Assembly (NCBI GenBank): GCA_045106895.1
Contig: JBGCFM010000195.1
Location: forward strand, 1 to 18,970
DNA: 18,970 bases
Origin: Polyangiales bacterium
GTDB lineage: Bacteria; Myxococcota_A; Polyangia; Polyangiales; Houyiibacteriaceae
Direction of reading: 5' to 3'
Shown here: piece by piece, positions 6,351 through 14,532 of the stretch
Numbering within the stretch: position 1 is the stretch's first letter
Layout: the number at the start of each line of letters is the position of its first letter
The notes under the pieces: generated by a model
What the model saw: only the letters and a program-made list of their open reading frames with translations
Database searches by the model: none
Told to the model about the DNA's origin: nothing
Position numbers and translations under genes: made by a program

Positions 6351-7283
6351 TCAGGGCGTCTCTTCGAGCACGGCGCCTTCCGGCGCTGCAAAGATCGAGT
6401 CCGGGTAGCTTTCGCCAAGGGCGACGCGGCTCGCGCTGATCTCCGTCACGCGTTCGCCCGGCGCGCCCTCTTCGGCGTTCCATCGGTGCGTGTGGTACTC
6501 GCTCGCGAAGTGAAGACCGCCCGCCTCGATGTCGCCGGTGTACATCATGATCTTTTCTGGGGAGTGTTCGCCGGGCGCGAACATACCGGGGAACGACACC
6601 ACGTAGCGAAGCGCCGCCACTCGGTGAGTCTCCGGGTGGAGGTAGAGAATGTAGTAGTCGTCGGGGCTGTCGCCGGTGCCGGCCTCGTAGTTCGCTTTTA
6701 CGAGCTGGTACGTCGTCCCGTTCAGCTCCGCGTCTTCGAGTCGCGTGAGAATGACGCCGGGGTCAGCCAGCACAAAAGGCATGCCGACGAAGTAGTAGGG
6801 GGTGAGCGACCAAAAGCGCGACGAGGGCGAGATCACCTCGGCGTTCGGTTTCACCCACGCGGTCTCCCCGTCAAAGCCGAACTCTCCCTCGCCGCCGACG
6901 AGCTGATGATGCGCGCGTGAAGACCAGAGGTCGATGCGCTGGAACGTATGTTTGCGGCCGCCGGGATTGCCGATAGGCGCGTAGTCGAATTCAAACTCGA
7001 TGGTGCCCGCGCTGAGCCAGGTCTCGAGTCCGCCGTGGGCCTGCAGGGCTTGCCAGATCAAGCGGCCGGCTTCGCTCTCGCCAAGTCGCGCCTCGGCCTC
7101 GTCGTGACGGGGCGTCACCCAGCCGGCCGGAACCGTCGTCGCACCCTCGCGCGTGGGCTGATTTGTGGCTTCCGGCGCAGCTTCTCCTGGCGCTTCCGCC
7201 GTGGCTTCTTGTTCAGGAGCCGGCGCTTCGGAGCTACCGCACGCCAAAGAAAGACAGAGACTCAACAGAGCTATGATTCGCAT
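6351..7283 (-). CDS. Putative lipoprotein, DUF6503-like (310 aa)
   Basis: Real start taken as ATG 7283 (MRIIALLSLCLSLA-C lipobox), because the longer ORF extension runs antisense to the LLM gene. Motifs AHGGLETW, YYFVGMPFVLADPG and GDSPDDYYILY. Confidence 0.8.
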   Translation of the reverse strand: MRIIALLSLCLSLACGSSEAPAPEQEATAEAPGEAAPEATNQPTREGATTVPAGWVTPRHDEAEARLGESEAGRLIWQALQAHGGLETWLSAGTIEFEFDYAPIGNPGGRKHTFQRIDLWSSRAHHQLVGGEGEFGFDGETAWVKPNAEVISPSSRFWSLTPYYFVGMPFVLADPGVILTRLEDAELNGTTYQLVKANYEAGTGDSPDDYYILYLHPETHRVAALRYVVSFPGMFAPGEHSPEKIMMYTGDIEAGGLHFASEYHTHRWNAEEGAPGERVTEISASRVALGESYPDSIFAAPEGAVLEETP

Positions 7284-7361
7284 AGGGCTGTCGATACGGC
7301 CCTCGCTCCCGGCGTCAAGACGTGCTCTAGCCAAACACTCCTCAAGCCTTAGATGTGCGTC

Positions 7362-8354
7362 ATGAGCCCGCTGAAGCTGTCCATCCTTGACGTCGTCCCC
7401 GTCGTCTCCGGCGCGAGCGCTGCGGAATCGCTGCGCCATACAGTGGCTCTCGCGCAACTCGGCGACGTCCTCGGCTATGAGCGGCTCTGGTATGCCGAGC
7501 ATCACAACATTCGCAGCATCGCCAGCGCCGCGCCTGAGCTGCTCATCGCCAACGCCGCCTCGGCGACCTCGCGTATTCGCCTCGGCTCCGGCGGCGTGAT
7601 GTTGCCCAATCACGCGCCTCTGCGCGTCGTGGAACAATACCGGACGCTGGAGGCTCTTCACCCCGGCCGTATCGACCTCGGCATCGGTCGCGCAGCGGGG
7701 ACGGATCCACTCACGGCTGAGGCGCTTGGCACGTGGTCCGGGCGGCACTTCAGCAACAAAATGAGCGAGCTTCTCGCCTTCGCCAACGGCGGGTTCGCGG
7801 CAAGTCATCCCTACGGCCAGATCGCTGTCACGCCGGAAGAGGGCGCGTTGCCCCCGCTTTGGATGCTGGGGTCGAGCGGCGGATCCGCGCAGCTCGCGGG
7901 CGAAATCGGAGCGGGCTATGGATTCGCGGGTCACTTCAGCCCGACTCCAGCGGCGCCGGCGGTCGCGGCATACCGAAAGGCGTTCAAGCCATCCGCGTCA
8001 TTCCCCGAGCCGCGGGTCATCTTGGCGCTGACGGTGGTGTGCGCCGACACCGAAGAGGAAGCCGTTGAGCTGTCTTCGAGTCTACAGATGAACTTCCTCG
8101 ATCTCCATCAGGGCAAGACGCGTCCATTGCGAAGCCCGAGCGAGGCGCGCGCCGAAGGCTGGCGTCCGGAGCTGCGGGACCAGCTGGGCCCCATGGGCCA
8201 GTTGCTGATCGCTGGCACCTTGGAGCAGGTGGCGGAGCGGCTTCGTCAGCGCGCGAGTGAAGCCGGCGGCGTGGACGAGCTGATGGTCATGACCATCACT
8301 CACGATCCGAGTGCACGTGAGCGTAGCTATCGCTTGCTCGCCGAACTCGTTTAA
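7362..8354 (+). CDS. LLM-class flavin-dependent oxidoreductase (luciferase-like, YhbW-type)
   Basis: LSILD, GYERLWYAEHH, TSRIRLGSGGVMLPNHAPLRVVEQY, PGRIDLGIGRA, LWMLGSS, DELMV and RSYRLLA. Alternative ATG at 7353. Confidence 0.95.
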   Translation: MSPLKLSILDVVPVVSGASAAESLRHTVALAQLGDVLGYERLWYAEHHNIRSIASAAPELLIANAASATSRIRLGSGGVMLPNHAPLRVVEQYRTLEALHPGRIDLGIGRAAGTDPLTAEALGTWSGRHFSNKMSELLAFANGGFAASHPYGQIAVTPEEGALPPLWMLGSSGGSAQLAGEIGAGYGFAGHFSPTPAAPAVAAYRKAFKPSASFPEPRVILALTVVCADTEEEAVELSSSLQMNFLDLHQGKTRPLRSPSEARAEGWRPELRDQLGPMGQLLIAGTLEQVAERLRQRASEAGGVDELMVMTITHDPSARERSYRLLAELV

Positions 8355-8458
8355 CGCTGCAGCGTCACCGCCGCGGGGACACCGCAAAATGAAGCTCTCC
8401 TGCGCGGACTGTTCTTAGCGTCGTAGTCGACGCACGGGCGGCCTGGTAGGCTGGCGGC

Positions 8459-9304
8459 GTGCGTTCGCCTGCCTACTTTCCCGTCGAGGCCGAGCCTCTT
8501 CAAATGGTCGCGAGCCTCGCGCGTTTCGGCACGGACTACGGGCAGGGCGCCTTCGACCAGGCGTACTTCCAAGTCGACGCTGAGCGCGCGGAGTTCCTGC
8601 GGCAGAAACGTGCGGCACCCCCGGAGCGCCGCCTCGTCGTGGGCGAGGACACCCTCGCGAAGAATGCGCGCGCCGAAGCCCTCGCGTGGATGCACGCCAC
8701 GCTTCACGAAGAGCACCCCGACATCTTGCGCGACGTTCTCAACGACACCGAAGCGCAGGACCCCTTCGACGCCGTCGCGCGTCATGTCCAGGAGGACTTC
8801 GCCGTGCTCCAAGCCGGCGAGGGCGACGCCGGACGCACCCTCGTCGTCGACGTGCGTTTCCCCAGCGGCTGGCGCCCAGAGCGTCTCGCAGAAGCGGGCT
8901 TCGACGCCATTCACGCGCCGGTCCCGGGCTTTCCCCCGAACGCCAAAGCCAGCCGGGGCATGGTCCGCGCCATGGTCGATCGCGGTCCCTACGTGCGTTT
9001 CGTGTGGACCGTGGGCGCCGACGATATTCTGGACCATCACCCCGACAAAGGAGACCGCCGGCAGGGCTGGGAGCATTCGAGCGAGGCGTTCTTTCGTGTT
9101 GAACGCCAGGTGACGGTGCCGCTTCCGAAGACACGCAGTAGCGTCTTCCTCGTGCGAACCCACGTCCGGCCGCTTCTCAGCCTCGACGACTCGCAGCTAG
9201 AAAGAGTTCGACATGCGTTGCGTGTGATGCCCCCAGAGGTCCGTCGATACAAGAGCTTGCCAGACGCGGAAGCGTTTGAGCGGCTTGCAGGGCGGAGGAC
9301 CTGA
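8459..9304 (+). CDS. DUF3445 / heme-dependent oxidative N-demethylase alpha-subunit-like protein
   Basis: VQEDFAVL, FPSGW, IHAPVPG, RFVW, FRVERQ, VFLVRTHV and YK near the C-terminus. GTG start. Confidence 0.85.
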   Translation: MRSPAYFPVEAEPLQMVASLARFGTDYGQGAFDQAYFQVDAERAEFLRQKRAAPPERRLVVGEDTLAKNARAEALAWMHATLHEEHPDILRDVLNDTEAQDPFDAVARHVQEDFAVLQAGEGDAGRTLVVDVRFPSGWRPERLAEAGFDAIHAPVPGFPPNAKASRGMVRAMVDRGPYVRFVWTVGADDILDHHPDKGDRRQGWEHSSEAFFRVERQVTVPLPKTRSSVFLVRTHVRPLLSLDDSQLERVRHALRVMPPEVRRYKSLPDAEAFERLAGRRT

Positions 9305-9742
9305 TGGGAGGGCCTGTTTTTATTGCGCTCGATGACAGCCTAGCGTTGCTGGGGCGGCCGACGTGGTTCGTCCAGATGTTGACCCGTTCTATTGCGGAAG
9401 GGTCGGACAATGTCCTGATCTTCGAGGTGGAAGACGTCCGAGATGTCACCATCCTGATGACAGCGACGCCAGGCATCGCGCCGCCGGTCCGTTCCGACAT
9501 CGGAAGCACGGACGAGAATGACAATCTGTTCATTCTGGCCTCGGAGCTACCGTTTGAGGAAGAGCTCTTGTTTGGAAGTGCCGCTTAGCGTGAGCGACGG
9601 CGTGCTCACCTTCAGCGTGGTCGAGATGGCAATTACGACGGAGTCCCCCGACCTGTTCTTGTCCCGAAACGAAATCGGCATTGTCGAGGACCACGTGCTC
9701 CCCATCGACTGTCCCAGTCGCACTGATGTGATTTCTAACTAG
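9304..9742 (+). pseudogene. Probable single gene (~145 aa) split by a 1-nt frameshift near 9568-9577
   Basis: The ATG overlaps the upstream stop (TGATG). The first frame ends at 9588, while the next frame continues with G/C-ending codons (EVPLSVSDGVLTFSVVEM...) to TAG 9742. The 439-nt span equals 3x146+1. Confidence 0.5.
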
Positions 9743-10629
9743 CGAAACGGTCCTGAGCCCACCCTCATCGCTCGCAGAAAACGGTGGAGGAAATCGATAT
9801 GAACCTTCGCGAGCTCCGGCTCGGCGTTCGGGACCGTTAGGTAGAGCGCTTTCCCGTCGAAGCGCAGACTCGCGGTGTCGAACGCCGGTGAGCTGATATT
9901 CGGGAAGGGCCCACTTCGCTCTCCCCCAGTCCAGTTCACCACGAATGGCTCGACGTCGCTTGTTGCGTCGAGCGTGATCTCCGTAGCAGTGTCGGTTCGC
10001 CACCAAAGGACGCGCAGGCGTGCGCCGCCGAGCAACACCGTTTCTTCTTCGCGGGAAGCGCCACTCAGCTCTGCCAAGTGAGTCAGAAAGTGCGTTCCAT
10101 GCATGCTCATCTGTTCCACGATACGGACCGCATCAAGTAGCGGCCCGGCGGGAATTACGCTGAATGACAAATGGTGGATAGGCCATTGTATGCGTATCTT
10201 TCCGCGCATGTGCAGCAGGAACCAGCGACCCGGAAGCGCACGCAGTCGCTCTCGAAGGGACTCGTGGATAAAGCTCTCCACAGCACGTGGCGACGTTGTC
10301 CAGCAACTCAGTCCCTCGCCCAGCAAGGTCGGCACACTCTCCTTCATACCCGATTTGTCGTTGGAAATTTGAAAGTCAGGAAGCTCCGCTAGGTCCGCAG
10401 GCGCTTCAGCGATGTAGTAGGTCGGCCCGTGATTGAAGGACTCCCGAGCACAGATTGCGCCACTTGGAAATTCTACAGCAAGCCAATTAGGTTGATTAGG
10501 CGGAACATGGGCCTCGCTTCCCGCCGCCTCTTCGAGTGTTCGCCACATGTGTTTGTCGTTTCGGACGAACTTCGCGAGGAGGCCAAGAGCGGAAACCCCC
10601 ATGCCAGCAAAGAAAACGAACGGATGCAT
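9739..10629 (-). CDS. Hypothetical protein with an N-terminal membrane anchor (296 aa)
   Basis: ATG 10629 starts the hydrophobic segment MHPFVFFAGMGVSALGLLAK. The longer start at 10749 overlaps the divergent gene. The protein ends in GSGPFR. Confidence 0.75.
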   Translation of the reverse strand: MHPFVFFAGMGVSALGLLAKFVRNDKHMWRTLEEAAGSEAHVPPNQPNWLAVEFPSGAICARESFNHGPTYYIAEAPADLAELPDFQISNDKSGMKESVPTLLGEGLSCWTTSPRAVESFIHESLRERLRALPGRWFLLHMRGKIRIQWPIHHLSFSVIPAGPLLDAVRIVEQMSMHGTHFLTHLAELSGASREEETVLLGGARLRVLWWRTDTATEITLDATSDVEPFVVNWTGGERSGPFPNISSPAFDTASLRFDGKALYLTVPNAEPELAKVHIDFLHRFLRAMRVGSGPFR

Positions 10630-10686
10630 TCGCTGAGTGTACCTCAGGAGACCCCACGACGTTCGACGACCTGATAGGGTCGCGCG

Positions 10687-11220
10687 ATGAGTTTCTGGCA
10701 GAACATTCTCGACAACGCAGGCGACCAAGATTACGGCGCCCGCCGACAACTCAACCAGCTTCAGGTGCAGGTCGCCGGCGCTGTTGACAGCGGCACCGTG
10801 GCGCTTCTTGCGCAGCGGCTGCAGAAAGCGGAGCGTCAGATCGACCAGCTTGTCCTCGGCTGCGCCGCCCTCGCGAAGCTACTGGAGATGAAGGGCGTCG
10901 TTCCGGAAGAGGCGCTGACCACGATGATGCAGCAGCTCGATCTCCTCGATGGATACGAAGACGGCGCCATGGGGGAGCACACATCCGTCAGTGCACCGCG
11001 CTGCGAAGGTTGCAATCACTTCATCAACCCGAGGCGCACTGAGTGCATCTACTGCTCACGCTCGCTCACGGCGGCCGCGCCCGAAGGGGGCGCTTACCGC
11101 GGGGGCCCCACCTCGAAGCCGGTCCCCACGGTGACATGCACGCAGTGTTCAACGGTCACGCCTCAGCCGGACACCGTGTTCAACGGCAATGGTGAGCTCG
11201 TCTGCCGCTCCTGTTCGTAG
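10687..11220 (+). CDS. Hypothetical protein with a helical N-terminus and two zinc-ribbon-like modules
   Basis: Four CxxC motifs (CEGC..CIYC and CTQC..CRSC), a heptad-like LAQRLQKAERQIDQL segment, and DLLDGYEDG. Confidence 0.85.
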   Translation: MSFWQNILDNAGDQDYGARRQLNQLQVQVAGAVDSGTVALLAQRLQKAERQIDQLVLGCAALAKLLEMKGVVPEEALTTMMQQLDLLDGYEDGAMGEHTSVSAPRCEGCNHFINPRRTECIYCSRSLTAAAPEGGAYRGGPTSKPVPTVTCTQCSTVTPQPDTVFNGNGELVCRSCS

Positions 11221-11283
11221 CGTTGTCCATGTAGCTGACAGGTAATCCGGAGCTACGTCGCGCCTTTGTGGCATGCTCCCGCC

Positions 11284-14200
11284 GTGACGAAAGCCCGTTT
11301 TCAAAGCGCTAGCGCATCGCAACGGAGAGCCCGCGCGAAACGTTTCCTCGAGGACCCCAGCGAGAGCAAGGCCACCTGGGTCATCGCCGAGAATCGCGCG
11401 ACGGCGCGCGCTCTTGTCCGCGAGCATGTCTCCAGCGCAGGCGCGGCATTCGGGGTGGAGAGCACCTCCCTCATTCACCTCGCCAAGCGCGTCGCCCAGC
11501 CCATCATGGCTGCGCGAGGGCTCTCCATCGCGAGCGGAGCTGCGCTCAGTGCGCTTTCCGCCCGCGTCCTTCACCAGACCGTCGAGCTCGGGCCCCTCGA
11601 GCCGCTCCGTGATTCACCGGGTCTCCCGCGCGCCCTCTCTTCGCTCTTCTCGGAGTTGCGCGAAGCGCACCATCATCACGACACGGACGCGATCCCTTCG
11701 CATCTCGCGCCGCTCTTCAAGACCTACGAAGAAGAGCTCGTGCGCCACCAGCTCATCGATCGCGCGGCTCTCTTCTCTCTGGCTTCAGAGACTGCGTCGG
11801 GGAGCGCCGACGTGCTCCCGCCCTGTGTCTTCCTCGACGTCCGCGTGCAAAGAACCTGCGAGGCAGAGTTCGTTCGAACCCTCGTCAGTCGCGCCGAGTC
11901 CGTGCTCGTCACTCACGCGCCGGACGATTCGCCCACCTTCTTGGAACTCGGTCTCGCGACGGAGGACTCAGGGCCCGAAGTGAGCACACGCCTCGAGCGC
12001 TGCCGAACCTTGCTCTTCACCACGGGGCGTGAGGCTAGCGAGCTTCGTGACGCAAGCCTGGACTTCTTCTCCGCACCGGGGGAAAGCCGCGAGTGTCTCG
12101 AGGTCGCGCGACGTGTGCGCGACCTCGCGCGTGAGGGCGTCCCTTTCGATGCCGTCGCCGTCGTCGTTCACGCGCCGGGCCGCTACCGTCCGCACTTGAG
12201 CGAAGCGTTTCGCCGCGCCGAGATCCCCCTCGCTTTTGGACGCGGAACAACCGGGCCAGATCCAAGCGGCCGCGCGTTCCTCTCTCTCCTCGACTGCGCT
12301 GCTCGTGACCTTTCGGCGCGCGCATTCGCCGAGTACCTCTCCTTCGGCGTGGTACCCGAGACCGTAAGCGGAGCCGCCCCCGCTGCGCGTGACCTCTTCG
12401 TCGCAGCAGACGAAGACTTCTACGCGGACCTCGAAGCCGAGCGACCGGACCCGATGGAAGCGCTCAAGAAGGCGGTGGCAGAGAGCCCCTTCGCCCACGA
12501 CCGCGCCCTGCGGGTCCCTCGCCGCTTTGAGGACTTTCTCATCGACGCCGCCGTCATCGGCTCGCGCCAACGCTGGGAGCGTCGCCTCGATGGGCTTCGA
12601 CGCGCGCTTCAGCTGGAGCGTGACGGCATCGACGCCGAGAGCGCTCGAGCAGAGCTTCTCAGCGAACAGATGCGTGACCTCGAGACGCTGCGCACCTTTG
12701 CGCTTCCGATCCTGGATGAGCTATCGGCGCTTCCCGAGGGCGCCACCTGGGCGGACTGGCTGGAGGCCCTGCGCTCCCTCGCCTCACGTTGCTTGCATGC
12801 CCCGGAACGCGTTCTACAGGTCCTCGCTACCCTCGAGCCGATGGGCGCCGTCGGGCCCGTCGGCCTGCGTGAGGTTCGACGTGCACTCCTCGCGCCGCTG
12901 AGCGACTTGCGTCACCCGCCGTCCATCGCCGGCGGCGCCGTTCGTGTCTGCGACACCAAGGAAGTGCGCGGCCAGGAGTTTCGCCACGTCTTCATCGTTG
13001 GGTTGGCGGAGAAGATCTTCCCCACGCGCATCCAGCCGGACCCGTGGCTCGACGATACTGCTCGCCGCAAAGTCCAGGGCCTCGCCACGCGGGAAGACCA
13101 GCTGCACGAAGAGCGCAGCGCGCTTCGGTTCGCCCTCGGCGCTGCGAGCGAGCGGGCGGTCCTCTCGTGGCCCCGCGTTGATCTCGAACAGAGTCGTCCG
13201 CGGGTGCCGTCTTTCTATGTCCTCGAAGTCGTCAGCGCAGCCAGCGGCAAGTGGCCCGACGTCCAAGTCCTCGAGCGCTACGCGCTGAACGCAGGCAAGG
13301 CGCGCCTCGCTTGGCCCGCTCCCCCGCACAAAGAAGACGCCATCGATGCCGCAGAGTACGATCTGGCCGCGGCACGCGGTGCGCTCTCCTCGCTCTCCAG
13401 CGCCGGCGCGAAGAACTCGGCGGGCGCCCTCGCGTACGCGCTCAAGGAGAGCCCGATTCTGGCGCGCTCTCTTCGTCGTCGTCACCGCCGCTGGGATACG
13501 CCGAAGTGGACGAACTCCGACGGCATCGTCGCCGCCGGCGACGTCAAAACAAAGGAGCTCCTCGCGCCTCATCGCCTCAGCGAGCGCGCGTACAGTGCGA
13601 CGGGCCTTCAGCGTTTCTCCGCGTGCCCCTACCAGTTCGCTCTCCAACAGATCTTTCGTTTCTCCGAACGCATCGTCCCCGAGGCCGTCGACCGACTCGA
13701 CCCGCTCCAGCGGGGCAGCCTTGTGCACAGCGTTCAGTTTCGAGTCCTCCAGGCGATCCGCCGGGACAAGCTCTGGCCTTTTGATCATCCGCAGAAGCTG
13801 GAGGCCGCCTATTCTCTCCTCGCCGCCTGCGTGGAAGAAGCGTCCCGTGAGTGGGCCGACGAGCTGGTGCCAGCCATCCCGCGCGTCTGGGATGAAGGCG
13901 TTGCGGCCATCGAGAAGGACCTCCGGCGCTGGCTTCGAGAGCTTGGAAGCGAGTGGGAGCCTACCCACTACGAGCTCGCTTTTGGTCTGCCGATGCGACA
14001 AGGCGACGAACGCGACGGCGCGAGCCAGCCCCTTCCAGTCATCCTGGATTCGGGAATTCAGCTCCGCGGTTCCATCGACCTCGTCGAACGACGCGCGAGC
14101 GCAGAAAATCAAGAGCCGACGCTCCGCGCCACGGACCACAAGACAGGCCGCGCGTTGACCGTGCGAAACCTACGAATCAACGGCGGCGAGACGCTCCAGC

Positions 14201-14532
14201 CGGCGCTCTATGCGCTGGCCCTTGAAAAGCTCTTTCCCCACTCGAGCGTCGTCGGCGGTCGCCTCCACTACTGCACCACGCGCGGCGCTTTTCGCGCCCG
14301 AAGCGTCGCCCTTGATGACGCCGCTCGCAGCGACATCGACGAGCTTGCATCCACCATGGGCGCCTTTGTCGAAGAGGGTTTTCTCCCCGCGCTGCCAGCG
14401 AGCGCAAAGAGCTGTCAGTGGTGCGACTTTCGCCTCGTCTGCGGGCCCGACGAATATGAGCGCTCGACGACACGAAAAACCGCCAAGCTCCAAGGCCTCG
14501 TACGCTTGAGCACGATTCGGAGGAAGCCATGA
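11284..14532 (+). CDS. addB: AddB/RexB-like subunit: inactive helicase fold plus a PD-(D/E)xK nuclease with Fe-S staple
   Basis: SATGLQRFSACPYQF, RGSLVH, LRGSIDLVE, DHKTG, LQPALYA and CQWCDFRLVC (1+3 Cys Fe-S staple). No Walker A motif. Its stop overlaps the helicase ATG. Start is GTG 11284 or TTG 11266. Confidence 0.88.
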   Translation: MTKARFQSASASQRRARAKRFLEDPSESKATWVIAENRATARALVREHVSSAGAAFGVESTSLIHLAKRVAQPIMAARGLSIASGAALSALSARVLHQTVELGPLEPLRDSPGLPRALSSLFSELREAHHHHDTDAIPSHLAPLFKTYEEELVRHQLIDRAALFSLASETASGSADVLPPCVFLDVRVQRTCEAEFVRTLVSRAESVLVTHAPDDSPTFLELGLATEDSGPEVSTRLERCRTLLFTTGREASELRDASLDFFSAPGESRECLEVARRVRDLAREGVPFDAVAVVVHAPGRYRPHLSEAFRRAEIPLAFGRGTTGPDPSGRAFLSLLDCAARDLSARAFAEYLSFGVVPETVSGAAPAARDLFVAADEDFYADLEAERPDPMEALKKAVAESPFAHDRALRVPRRFEDFLIDAAVIGSRQRWERRLDGLRRALQLERDGIDAESARAELLSEQMRDLETLRTFALPILDELSALPEGATWADWLEALRSLASRCLHAPERVLQVLATLEPMGAVGPVGLREVRRALLAPLSDLRHPPSIAGGAVRVCDTKEVRGQEFRHVFIVGLAEKIFPTRIQPDPWLDDTARRKVQGLATREDQLHEERSALRFALGAASERAVLSWPRVDLEQSRPRVPSFYVLEVVSAASGKWPDVQVLERYALNAGKARLAWPAPPHKEDAIDAAEYDLAAARGALSSLSSAGAKNSAGALAYALKESPILARSLRRRHRRWDTPKWTNSDGIVAAGDVKTKELLAPHRLSERAYSATGLQRFSACPYQFALQQIFRFSERIVPEAVDRLDPLQRGSLVHSVQFRVLQAIRRDKLWPFDHPQKLEAAYSLLAACVEEASREWADELVPAIPRVWDEGVAAIEKDLRRWLRELGSEWEPTHYELAFGLPMRQGDERDGASQPLPVILDSGIQLRGSIDLVERRASAENQEPTLRATDHKTGRALTVRNLRINGGETLQPALYALALEKLFPHSSVVGGRLHYCTTRGAFRARSVALDDAARSDIDELASTMGAFVEEGFLPALPASAKSCQWCDFRLVCGPDEYERSTTRKTAKLQGLVRLSTIRRKP

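Noticed and set aside
7284..7934. N-terminal extension of the 527-aa minus-strand ORF
   Set aside because: It is antisense to the well-supported LLM gene, and the lipoprotein signal begins at ATG 7283.
8855..8872. Loss of a heme-thiolate Cys in DUF3445 (RFPSGW rather than CFPSGW)
   Set aside because: As I recall, heme in this family is His-ligated, and the IHxPVP His is retained, so the change does not imply inactivation.
13560..14532. Cas4, AdnAB or a defence nuclease-helicase system
   Set aside because: The Fe-S PD-(D/E)xK domain is the C-terminus of a ~1080-aa protein lacking helicase motifs and coupled to a UvrD-nuclease, which is the standard AddAB layout.
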